Shown: positions 47,700-56,608 of the stretch, one piece after another | Position numbering within the stretch: the stretch's first letter is position 1 | Layout: each line of letters opens with the position of its first letter | Assembly (NCBI GenBank): GCA_964291625.2 | Contig: OZ220089.1 | Location: 4,448,001 to 4,512,000 of the forward strand | DNA length: 64,000 nucleotides | Source: Candidatus Latescibacterota bacterium | GTDB lineage: Bacteria; Latescibacterota; UBA2968; UBA8231 | Direction of reading: 5' to 3' | Translations under genes and position numbers: made by a program | The notes under the pieces: model-generated | Databases searched by the model: none | What the model saw: only the letters and a program-made list of their open reading frames with translations | What the model was told of the DNA's origin: nothing

Positions 47700-48962
47700 T
47701 CACGCCTCCGTCTCCCAGATCGGCCAGTCCTGCTGCTGCAGGCGGTTCCAGGTGCGGTCGAACTCCTCGCTGCCGTCGTCCTCGCGCTCGTCGAGGCGGA
47801 CGCCCGGGGCGAAGGCCTCGTCCACCCCCTGCTTCATCAGCCGCTCGGCCTGCTGCAGGTTGCGGTAGTAGTGCCTCAAGCCCCCCGGCAGGGTGACCAC
47901 CGAGAAGTGGCGCGGCCAGTCGGGGGCCGGCGTCTCCCGGAAGCGGGCCACCGCGTCCTCGTCCAGCTCGACCCCGAGGCCGGGGCCCTCGGGGACCTTC
48001 ATGAAGCCCCGCTGCATCACGTGGGCCTCGGCGATCAGGTCGTCGCGCGTGTGATGGGCGGTCACCCCCGGCAGGGTGGCCGTGTGCATGACCGCCCCCA
48101 GGTGGCAGGCGAAGGCGGCGGTGATCCCGGTGCCCACGTACTGCAGCAGGATCGGCGTGTTGGCGGCGGCGAAGGCCCACGAGGCGGCCATGGCGTTGCG
48201 CACGTTCTCGTGGCTGCACAGGGCGCCGTCGAAGTCGCCGGCCCGCAGCCCCAGCCAGGGGCCGGACGGCTGCCGGGAGGGCCCGTCGAAGATGGTGCTC
48301 ACGCCGTGCAGGTAGAAGGGGATGCGGACCTCCTGGTGCAGGCGCCGCCAGCCCTCCACGTCGTAGGCGAAGATCGGCTCCTCCACGCCCTTGACCACGG
48401 GGATCTCCTCCAGTTGCCGCAGGATCGGCAGGGCCCGCTCGACGTCGACCAGGGAGCCGTTGAAGTCGAACTCCACCCGAAAGTCGGGCGGCGCCGCCTC
48501 CTGCATCGCCCGGGACTGCTCGACCACGTCGTAGAAGGCGCGGGCCTTGCACTTGAGACCGCGGTAGCCGCGTTCGGCGGCGACCCGGACCTCCTCGGCC
48601 GAGTCCTCGGGAGACATGCACGGCATCCACCAGCCCATGCTCACCCACTGGCGCACCTGCTGCCCCATCACCTTCCACATGGGCACGCCGAGGTGCTTGC
48701 CCATCAGGTCGTAGCAGGCCATGTCCAGGTTGAAGGGGCCGGTGCCCATGACGTGGTCGAAGGGGTCGGTGCCGGCGTAGGCGTCGACCACGGCGGCCGC
48801 CATCGGCGGACCGGGGTTCTCGCCGAGGCCGACGAGGCCGGAGTCGGTGTGGAACTTGTAGACCGTCACCTCCTCCCCCATCTGGAAGTGGTGGTAGCGC
48901 CGGCGCAGACGGTCCTCGTAGGGGACGCGCAGGGGGATGACCTCGATCTCGGTGATGCGCAT
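47700..48962 (-). CDS. Mandelate racemase/muconate lactonizing enzyme family protein (paralog of 43026..44261)
   Basis: MRITEIEVIP, DLMGKHLGVP, LKCK, FDFN, VEEP, PEGPGLGVELDE. Confidence 0.9.
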   Translation of the reverse strand: MRITEIEVIPLRVPYEDRLRRRYHHFQMGEEVTVYKFHTDSGLVGLGENPGPPMAAAVVDAYAGTDPFDHVMGTGPFNLDMACYDLMGKHLGVPMWKVMGQQVRQWVSMGWWMPCMSPEDSAEEVRVAAERGYRGLKCKARAFYDVVEQSRAMQEAAPPDFRVEFDFNGSLVDVERALPILRQLEEIPVVKGVEEPIFAYDVEGWRRLHQEVRIPFYLHGVSTIFDGPSRQPSGPWLGLRAGDFDGALCSHENVRNAMAASWAFAAANTPILLQYVGTGITAAFACHLGAVMHTATLPGVTAHHTRDDLIAEAHVMQRGFMKVPEGPGLGVELDEDAVARFRETPAPDWPRHFSVVTLPGGLRHYYRNLQQAERLMKQGVDEAFAPGVRLDEREDDGSEEFDRTWNRLQQQDWPIWETEA

Positions 48963-49997
48963 TCAGCTTTCTCCGGTGTCGGGCGGTTTCGGCGCAGGGG
49001 CGGCGCGCGCCGTCTGCGGTCCGAAGAGGAAGGAGAGCAGCGAGAGCCGGCGGCCCCGGGTCACGGGCACGACCTCGTGGAGCAGGGCGCAGGAGAACAC
49101 CAGGGCCTCGCCGGCGGCGGGACGGTAGAGCGAGCCCCCGTACTCGGGGAAGCGCAGCTCGCCGCCGTCGTAGTCGTCGTTGAGATTGAGGGAGAGGGCG
49201 AACCGCCGATGGGCGGTGGCCGGGCTGAGGTTGTCGCGGTGGGGGGCGAAGAAGCCGCCCGAGGAGGCCTCGTAGCAGGCGACCTTGAAGCCCTCGAAGC
49301 GGTCGGCGCCGAAGGCGAAGACACGCCGCACCTCGGGCAGGAGGCGGCGGCCGAGGGTCCGGGTCAGCAGCCGCTGGAGTTCCGCCTCTTCGACCACGTG
49401 GTCCCGCCGGCGCTTGGACTCCGCCGCCAGGACCTCCCGCCGGCGGCCGCCGGCGGAGCGCTCGACGCCGGTGTCGGCGTGCGATCCGGACCAGAGCTGC
49501 CGCAGGTGCCCGCAGAGGTCGGCCTCGAGGACGCGGGGGACGAAGAGCACCGGCGCCTGGGCGGTGACGGTGGCGGCCGGGGCCTCGGCCGAGGCCTGGC
49601 TCAGCAGGCCCGCCAGACGGCCGGCGGCGGGCTCGCCGTCGAGGGCGAAGCCGTCGAGGACGCGCAGGTTGCGGTCGAGGACCACGGCGCGGGCGGACCC
49701 GTCCTCCGGCAGGCGGAAGGCGGCCCTCAGCTTGCCGTCGTCGCGGAACAGGTCGACGCCGGGAAGGGGTTCCGCTTCGGCGTCGTCCGGCACGACCAGG
49801 TGGCGGCTGGCGGCGTCCCCCACGGCGTCGAGGGAGGCCCTCGCCGCCGCACACACTCCCGCAGCGAAGACCAGGACGGCGGGCCTTCCCCCGGCCCGTC
49901 CGTAGAAGCGGGCGGGACCGGTACCCTCGAGGGGGGCCACGAAATCGGGCGCCCTCTCGCCGCGGGACAATCCGCTGGCCTGGTCTTCGTTCATCAC
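48963..49997 (-). CDS. Redoxin-like domain fused to a 2OG-Fe(II) oxygenase
   Basis: GERAPDF...AVVLDRNLRV (AhpC/TSA-like); PHRDN, YDGGELRF, LLHEV, RGRR. Confidence 0.88.
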   Translation of the reverse strand: MMNEDQASGLSRGERAPDFVAPLEGTGPARFYGRAGGRPAVLVFAAGVCAAARASLDAVGDAASRHLVVPDDAEAEPLPGVDLFRDDGKLRAAFRLPEDGSARAVVLDRNLRVLDGFALDGEPAAGRLAGLLSQASAEAPAATVTAQAPVLFVPRVLEADLCGHLRQLWSGSHADTGVERSAGGRRREVLAAESKRRRDHVVEEAELQRLLTRTLGRRLLPEVRRVFAFGADRFEGFKVACYEASSGGFFAPHRDNLSPATAHRRFALSLNLNDDYDGGELRFPEYGGSLYRPAAGEALVFSCALLHEVVPVTRGRRLSLLSFLFGPQTARAAPAPKPPDTGES

Positions 49998-50256
49998 CGC
50001 AGTCCTCCCCGAGCCGGAAGGAAGGGCAACGCCGGGAGAGGCTCAAGTAGGGGGGGAAGCCGGGGGGTGCCCGGCAGGCTCCCTTCCGGGGAGCCAGGTT
50101 GCACATTCTGGGAAGAGCCGTAGGTTTGCTGATGGCTCGACCCGGGCCAACCCACCATTTGTCCGGCACCATCCGAAAACGGCAAAGATTCCGGTCCACG
50201 TAAAACGTCAGGACGGGAACCGGACTCGGCGGGGACCGTCAACAAGAGGAGGAAGC

Positions 50257-52155
50257 ATGTCCATCCGAACCGCGCTGCTCCCGCTGCTCTGCCTCGGCCT
50301 GTGGGCCTGTGGAGACGACGATGGGCCAACGGCCCCGGTAGTCGACCCGAGAGAAGCGGCAGCCGACTCGATGATCGCGGCGGCGGATGCGATGGTGGCC
50401 GCCGCCGGTTCCATGGAGGCCGCGGCGGATTCCCTGGCGGCTGCCGAAGATGACGTCCTGCGGCCGAGCGGGGAGCTGCGGCCCTGGGACCTGTCGGCCA
50501 TCGTCTCCATCGACCAGGCTCGCTCCATGCCGCAGGGCATGCCCCTCTACATGCGGACCGAGTTCGCCAACGGCGAGCTCGCCGATCTCGAGATGAGGTT
50601 CGTGCAGGTGGTGGACGACTTCCTGCCGCCCATGCCGGTGATCATGGTGGAGGCCTCCGATCCGGTCCTGATCCAGCTCGGCGGCATCGCCCAGGGAATG
50701 AGCGGGTCCCCCGTGTTCTCGGAGGAGGGCACCTGGGGCGCCATCGCCTACGGGTTCACTGCCCAGGACAGCCCTCCCTACTACTTCTTCGCCACCCCCA
50801 TCGAGTGGGTCATCGGGCAACGCGGCACCCTGCCCGCGGGCAAGCCCGCGGCCGCCTGGGGCGGCGCCCGCATCACCCCCCTGGAGGTTCCCCTCGTGGT
50901 GACGGGGCTCAACCCCGGACAACCTCTGCCGGAGGGGAGGCCGTCCCCGTGGAGCGGGGCCGTCTCCGCCGCCCTGACCCAGGAGCCGCAGGAGAGCTTC
51001 GAGGCGGGCCGGCCCCTGGCCGTAGGCGTGCTGCTCGGCGAGATCACGGGAGGTTCCATAGGAACCATTTCGTACGTGGATGGCGATCGTGTGTACGGGT
51101 TCGGGCATCCGATGAATCAGGCGGGACCGGTGGCGCTGCCGATCATCGAGGCGAAGGTGCTCGGAGAGATCTCCAACCTCTCGGCGCCGTTCAAGTTCGC
51201 CGCCCTCAACCCGACGGTTCGCGGCACCCTCACCGAAGACCGGCTGCCCGCCGTGCGCGGTGTCCTCGGAGAGGGACCGGAGCTGGTGACGGTCACCGGC
51301 CGGTACACCTACCCGTCGGGAGGCGAGGAGGAGCTGGTGCACAGGATGCCCGCCCGCATCGATGCGAGCAACCTCCTGGCCATCGCCGTCTTCAGCCCCC
51401 TCTTCAACCGGCTCGAGAACGAGGGCAACCACAGCGTCCGGGTCACCACGGACATCTCCTTCTCGGGGACGGACTCGACCCTCTCCCGATCGCGCCTGTA
51501 CGCGGCTCCCAACGGGCGGCTCCTCGGTCTGATCTCAGCCGCTGATTTCGACCTCTTCGACGCCCTGGTACAGCTCATGTCGCGGAACGACTACGCCGTG
51601 CGGGTGCGGGAGGCGGAGGTACACGTCGAGATGATCCCCGAGCCCCGGTTCGCCCAGGTCGTGGAGGTCTCTGCCGACACCGTCGTCAGTCCGGGCGACG
51701 TGCTGACGGTCACGACCTCGCTGCGCGTGGGCCGGCGGAGGGACCGGGAGATCGAGGTGGACCTCAACCTGCCCGACACCCTTCCCCCCGGGGTCTACCA
51801 GTTGGAGGCCGGTTCGGCGGCGTCCCTGCCGGATGTCGGCGGGGAGGGCGACTCTTTCTTCGGGTTCTTCGACCCAGGCTTTGGAGGTGGCGACGGAGAG
51901 GAGACCCTGGAGGATGCCTTTGCGCGCCTGAACGTGGAGGACGGGAACGTCCAGCTGAAGGCGCGGATGACCTACGTCATGCCCCTTCCGGTAGAGGCGC
52001 CGGAAGGAGAGCCGCCGCCCGATTCAGGGGACCAGGGTTTCGGCGGCTTCTTCCCCCAGGATCCGGGCCCCCCGCCGACGGCTTCCACCCAGGAGCAGGT
52101 CGACCTCTATCTCGCGGGCACCTCGAGCCTGGAGGTCAAGGTCGTGGCGGAGTAG
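50257..52155 (+). CDS. SpoIVB/peptidase S55-like lipoprotein
   Basis: Lipobox LWAC; GIAQGMSGSPV; GTISYVDGDRVYGFGHP; RBS GAGGAGG. Confidence 0.82.
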   Translation: MSIRTALLPLLCLGLWACGDDDGPTAPVVDPREAAADSMIAAADAMVAAAGSMEAAADSLAAAEDDVLRPSGELRPWDLSAIVSIDQARSMPQGMPLYMRTEFANGELADLEMRFVQVVDDFLPPMPVIMVEASDPVLIQLGGIAQGMSGSPVFSEEGTWGAIAYGFTAQDSPPYYFFATPIEWVIGQRGTLPAGKPAAAWGGARITPLEVPLVVTGLNPGQPLPEGRPSPWSGAVSAALTQEPQESFEAGRPLAVGVLLGEITGGSIGTISYVDGDRVYGFGHPMNQAGPVALPIIEAKVLGEISNLSAPFKFAALNPTVRGTLTEDRLPAVRGVLGEGPELVTVTGRYTYPSGGEEELVHRMPARIDASNLLAIAVFSPLFNRLENEGNHSVRVTTDISFSGTDSTLSRSRLYAAPNGRLLGLISAADFDLFDALVQLMSRNDYAVRVREAEVHVEMIPEPRFAQVVEVSADTVVSPGDVLTVTTSLRVGRRRDREIEVDLNLPDTLPPGVYQLEAGSAASLPDVGGEGDSFFGFFDPGFGGGDGEETLEDAFARLNVEDGNVQLKARMTYVMPLPVEAPEGEPPPDSGDQGFGGFFPQDPGPPPTASTQEQVDLYLAGTSSLEVKVVAE

Positions 52156-52165
52156 GCCAGGGCCC

Positions 52166-53167
52166 TCAGGCCAGCTCCACCCGCCGGCCGCCGCGAGCCG
52201 ACTCGAAGGCCGCCTCCACCACCCGGAGGGTGCCCTCGGCGCGGTCGGCCATGTACGCAGGGGTCTCCTCCCCGCGCATGCACCGCTGGAAGAACTCGAT
52301 CGCCGGCTGAAACGACGGGGTCCCCGTGCGGGTCGTCTCGGTGCGGCCCTCGCCGGAGGCCGGGACGACCTCGAAGCGGCTCTCGGGGCCGGGATGGTAG
52401 GGGCTGGGCACCACCAGCCGGCCCTGGTCCCCGGTGATCCGGGCATGGGCGCCGCCGCGGCCCTGGAAGCCGCAGTACAGGGTCGCCGTGAGACCGTCCG
52501 GGAACTCGAGGATCAGCGACACCGCCACGTCCACCCCGGACCGCTCGTCGAAGCGCATGTGGGCCATCACGCTCACGGGGTCGGCGCCGGCGATGAAGCG
52601 GGCGAAGGTGATCGGGTAGACCCCGCCGTCGTAGATGCTGCCGCCCCCCAGCGCCTTGATCATGCGGATGTTCGCGGGATCGTCGACGTAGAAGGTCATG
52701 CCCGCGTCGATGTGGCGCAGGGCGCCGATCTCGCCCGTCCGGAGGATCTCCAGGAGGCGCCGGCTCTGGGGGTGGTGCATGAAGACGAAGGCCTCGAAGA
52801 GTAGCACCCCGGCCTCACGGCAGGCGTCGACCATCCGCCGGCCCTCCTCGGCGGTGACGGCCAGGGGCTTCTCGCAGAAGACGTGCTTGCCGGCCCGGGC
52901 GGCGGCGACGGTCCACTCGGCGTGGAGGGAGTTGGGCAGCGAGATGTAGACGGCGTCGATCTCGGGGTGTTCGAGCAGGGCCTGGTACCCGGCCAGGGCC
53001 ACGGGGATGTCGTGCTCGCGGGCCCAGGCCTCGGCCTTCTCCCGGCTGCGGCTGGCCACGGCCAGGACCCGGGCGCCGGGGGTGGCCCGGGCCGAGGGGA
53101 CGAAGGCGGTGGCGCCGATGCGGGCGGTGCTCAGGATTCCCCAGTTGATCGGGTGCGGGTCGGTCAT
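52166..53167 (-). CDS. Gfo/Idh/MocA family oxidoreductase (xylose dehydrogenase-like)
   Basis: WGILSTARIG, IDAVYISLPNSLH, HVFCEKP, GGGSIYDGGVY. Confidence 0.93.
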   Translation of the reverse strand: MTDPHPINWGILSTARIGATAFVPSARATPGARVLAVASRSREKAEAWAREHDIPVALAGYQALLEHPEIDAVYISLPNSLHAEWTVAAARAGKHVFCEKPLAVTAEEGRRMVDACREAGVLLFEAFVFMHHPQSRRLLEILRTGEIGALRHIDAGMTFYVDDPANIRMIKALGGGSIYDGGVYPITFARFIAGADPVSVMAHMRFDERSGVDVAVSLILEFPDGLTATLYCGFQGRGGAHARITGDQGRLVVPSPYHPGPESRFEVVPASGEGRTETTRTGTPSFQPAIEFFQRCMRGEETPAYMADRAEGTLRVVEAAFESARGGRRVELA

Positions 53168-53236
53168 CGAGTGTTCTCCGGAGTGGAGGGTGGGACGAGG
53201 GCAGGAGTGTACGCAACCTCAGGAGGGTTGAGCACC

Positions 53237-56200
53237 ATGGCGGCGAGCCGGACTGCATCGATGAAGGAGTTCCCGCGAGAGCGGGCGGCGCGCGGTCCCG
53301 GCCGGTTGGCCGCTGCGGCCTTCGCGGTGGGGCTGGCGGCGGGGCTCCTGGCCCCGGGGACTCCGCCCGCCGGGGCGGAGCCGCCGGCGCGGGTCGAGCC
53401 GCCCGTCGGCCGGACCGCCTTCGCCGTGCCCCTGTCGGGGATCACCGTCGACGGCCGGCTCGACGACTGGCCCGACGACATGGCGGTATTCACCCCCCGG
53501 GAGAACACCAACGTCTACGGCGCCACCGACCTGTCGGGGACCGACCTGGATACCAGCACCGACTTCAGCCCGAGCTTCCGCGTCGGCTACAGCGTCGAGA
53601 CGCAGAAGATCTACGTCGCCATGGAGCACCGCGACGACCGCGTGCATGCGGCCCGGCACAACGTGCGCGCCACCGACGCCGGCGAGATCAACCTGGCCGG
53701 GCTCCTGCACGTGCCGCCCTGGTGCTACAGCCTGGTGCCGCCCGGCGGAGGCTACTTCGAAGCCGGCAATCCCGCCGTCTACCACGAGCACCTGGACGAC
53801 GAGAAGTCGGCGGAGAGCGTCGGCACCCGGGCCGTCTTCGGCCGCCGCGGAGACGTCAGCATCTACGAGTGGGCCCTCACCGCCCTCGGCGAGTCGGCCG
53901 ACGAGCCGGTCGAGCTGAGGCCGGGGCGGATCCTCTCCTTCGACGTGGTCGCCGTGGACAACGACGGGCCCGGCGACACCTCGGCCTGGATCGCCTGGAC
54001 GCCCAACCGCGCCAAGCACCAGCCGCCCAACGTGGGCCGGCTCATCCTGGCGGACGGGCCGCTGGGCACGCTGCGGGTGGACGCCCGCGGCGGCGGGGGT
54101 CCACTGGAAGGGGCGCGGTACGAGGTCTGGCAGGGCGGCGGGCTGGTCCTGGCCGACGTCACCGACGCCCGCGGCCTCGCCCGCCAGCCGCTGCCCCCGG
54201 GGTCGTACACGGTGCGGCTGAACACCAACGGCTACCGGGCGCACGCCGAGGGCGTCGACATCGCCGCCGGCGAGACCTCGGCGGTGAGCGCCGCGCTGCG
54301 GGACCTGGGCACCCGCTTCCACGTCGACGACGACGCGGCCCCCGGCGGCGACGGCAGCGTCGAGCGTCCCTTCGCCACGATCCAGCAGTCCCTGGCGGCG
54401 ACCAGCTACGGCGACACCGTGCAGCTGGCCCCCGGTACCTACGCCGACCCCGTCGAGCTGATCAGCGGCGTCACCTTCGCCGGCGCCGGGTACGGCGAGA
54501 CCCTGGTCACCGGCGAGGCGGCCTGGGGCATGGCCCTGCGCCCCTTCATCGCCTACTTCAGCCGCCCCGGGGCGCCGCCGGGCGGCTGGTGGCGCATCGC
54601 CTTGCGCGACGTCTTCATGGAGGGGTTCCGCATCGACGCCGGCGAGCGCTATCCGCTGCGCGCCGCCAGTCAGGTGGCCGGCAGCCTGAACATGATGATG
54701 GCCGTCGACCGCGACGATCCCGAGGCCGTGGCCGCCCTGCTCGCGGAGGATGCGAGCCTGGCGTCGGCGAGGATCCACTCGCCCGACGCGCCGGTCCACG
54801 GCAGCACCTTCCTCCATCGCGTCGTCACGGTCTACACCAACGCCAGCGACGCCGAGTACGAGATCGCGCGGCTGCTGATCGACCACGGCGCCGACGTCAA
54901 CGCCAGGGGTGGCCAGGCCCGCGGCCAGGGCCGCACCGCCCTGGGCTACGCGGGGTTCTTCGGCAACCCGCGGCTGGTCGAGCTGTACCTCGCCCACGGC
55001 GGCGTGCCGGACGAGGAGGTCATGCACGGCATCGCCCGGGAGGGCTCCCAGGAGCGCAACAAGGAGAGCTACATCCCGGCCTTCGAGATGCTGATCGAGG
55101 CGGGCGGGCCCTACGACCTGGCCCATCTCGTCGCGCTCGGACACGTGGAGAGGCTGCTGGCCGAGGTCGACGAGGATCCCCGGCGCCTTCACGAGACGTC
55201 GCCGCTGATCCGGGACCGGGGAACGACGGGCGCGCCCCTGACCCACGCCGCCGCCGGCTGCGAGACCGAAGTCGCCGCGGCCCTCCTCGACCGCGGCGCC
55301 GACGTGAACGGGCGGGACAGCGAGGGCCGGACGCCGCTGCAGCGCGCCTTGGGCGGGGGCTGCGGTGAGGACCTCGTCGACCTGCTCCTCGACCGCGGCG
55401 CCGAGGTGGACTTCATCTCCGCGGTGATGACCGGCGATGTCGAGCGGGTGGGCGCGATCCTCTCCGAAGATCCGGCGCGGGTCCGGCAGCTGCGTTGGGA
55501 CGGGCGCTCCGCCCTCGATATCGCGGTGGACCGCGAGCACGCCGAGCTCGAGACCCTCCTGCGCGCGGCGGGGGGCACCTTCAGTCAGCGGGTGCAGTCG
55601 ATGCTGGCCGAGGCAGGCCCGTCAGACGGCGTGCACAGCGTGCTGTCGCAGGTCACGGTGACGCGCGGTGATCCGGGCTGGATGCACCTGGAGCCGGCGG
55701 CCTCCCTCGACATCCGCGACCGGATCACCATGGCGGCTTGGCTCTACCGGGTCGACGACAGCGGTGGCGCCGGTACCGTCATCGGCAAGTGGCGTCAGGC
55801 CGACCAGACCTGGTCGTACGTGCTGCACCTGCCCCGCGGCGGATTCATCCTGCGCTGGGAGGACGGGAGCCAGACCGGCCTGCGGGGCTACTGGCTGCCG
55901 TACCACGAGTGGGTCCACTACGCGGCCACGTACGACGGTGCCCACATGCGGGTCTTCGTCAACGGCGAGGTAGTGGCCGAGGAGCCTGTGGCCGGCAAGC
56001 GGATCAACTCGACGTCCAACCCGGTCTGGATCGGCGCCAGCGGCTACCTCGATCACACGGCGGCCCTGATCGACGACGTGCAGATCTGGAACGTGGCCCG
56101 CACACCGGAGCAGATCCGGGCGTCGATGCGCGACGGGCTGCGCGGCGACGAGCCGGGCCTGGTGGGCTGGTGGCCGATGGATGGCCAGGACCCGCTGGCC

Positions 56201-56341
56201 GACCGGTCGCCCCACGGCAACCACGGGCGCCTGGAGGGCTCGGCGGCGGTGCACGGCGCGGGCATCCCCGCCGACGGGCGCCACGCGCCGGCGCAGGTGC
56301 TCTGGCTGCTGCCGCTGGCGGAAGGGGCGGCCGGGCGCTGA
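53237..56341 (+). CDS. Secreted mosaic protein: CBM9/DOMON, carboxypeptidase-regulatory-like, DUF1565-like, ankyrin repeats, LamG
   Basis: ITVDGRLDDW; LPPGSYTV; GDGSVERPFATIQ...GDTVQLAPGTY; GADVNGRDSEGRTPL; ITMAAW...WVHYAATYDG...IDDVQIWN. Start 53237 or 53261. Confidence 0.85.
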   Translation: MAASRTASMKEFPRERAARGPGRLAAAAFAVGLAAGLLAPGTPPAGAEPPARVEPPVGRTAFAVPLSGITVDGRLDDWPDDMAVFTPRENTNVYGATDLSGTDLDTSTDFSPSFRVGYSVETQKIYVAMEHRDDRVHAARHNVRATDAGEINLAGLLHVPPWCYSLVPPGGGYFEAGNPAVYHEHLDDEKSAESVGTRAVFGRRGDVSIYEWALTALGESADEPVELRPGRILSFDVVAVDNDGPGDTSAWIAWTPNRAKHQPPNVGRLILADGPLGTLRVDARGGGGPLEGARYEVWQGGGLVLADVTDARGLARQPLPPGSYTVRLNTNGYRAHAEGVDIAAGETSAVSAALRDLGTRFHVDDDAAPGGDGSVERPFATIQQSLAATSYGDTVQLAPGTYADPVELISGVTFAGAGYGETLVTGEAAWGMALRPFIAYFSRPGAPPGGWWRIALRDVFMEGFRIDAGERYPLRAASQVAGSLNMMMAVDRDDPEAVAALLAEDASLASARIHSPDAPVHGSTFLHRVVTVYTNASDAEYEIARLLIDHGADVNARGGQARGQGRTALGYAGFFGNPRLVELYLAHGGVPDEEVMHGIAREGSQERNKESYIPAFEMLIEAGGPYDLAHLVALGHVERLLAEVDEDPRRLHETSPLIRDRGTTGAPLTHAAAGCETEVAAALLDRGADVNGRDSEGRTPLQRALGGGCGEDLVDLLLDRGAEVDFISAVMTGDVERVGAILSEDPARVRQLRWDGRSALDIAVDREHAELETLLRAAGGTFSQRVQSMLAEAGPSDGVHSVLSQVTVTRGDPGWMHLEPAASLDIRDRITMAAWLYRVDDSGGAGTVIGKWRQADQTWSYVLHLPRGGFILRWEDGSQTGLRGYWLPYHEWVHYAATYDGAHMRVFVNGEVVAEEPVAGKRINSTSNPVWIGASGYLDHTAALIDDVQIWNVARTPEQIRASMRDGLRGDEPGLVGWWPMDGQDPLADRSPHGNHGRLEGSAAVHGAGIPADGRHAPAQVLWLLPLAEGAAGR

Positions 56342-56565
56342 TCGATCATCCCATCGGCTGCACTGGAGGCGGCCAGCGGCGCAATGTCGGGCCGCTGGCG
56401 AAGGTGCCGCTGCGCGCTGATCGGCCATCCCGTCGGCTGCACTGGAGGCGGCCGGCGGCGCAATGTCGTGCCGCCGGCGGAAGGTGCCGCTGCGCGCTGA
56501 TCGACCATCCCATCGGCCGCACTGGAGGCGCCAGCGGGCCGCTGTCGGGAGCGCCGCTGATCGGC
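56311..56565. repeat. Tandem ~79-80 bp repeat (2 full copies plus partial/degenerate copies) with an internal hairpin, REP/BIME-like
   Basis: Units start with GCTGATCG at 56337, 56416, 56496 and 56556; 9-bp stems at 56372-56399 and 56451-56478. Confidence 0.9.
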
Positions 56566-56608
56566 AGCCGGTCGCGCGATGCCGTGCTGCCGGGGCCGCG
56601 CGTCCGCT

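Noticed and set aside
49998-50256. ncRNA or riboswitch in the divergent intergenic region (GGCTCCC/GGGAGCC hairpin near 50077-50095)
   Set aside because: A single GC hairpin with no recognisable family consensus; compatible with an ordinary promoter region.
56337-56565. Possible CRISPR array
   Set aside because: Whole ~80-bp units repeat with no unique spacers, and no cas genes are present.
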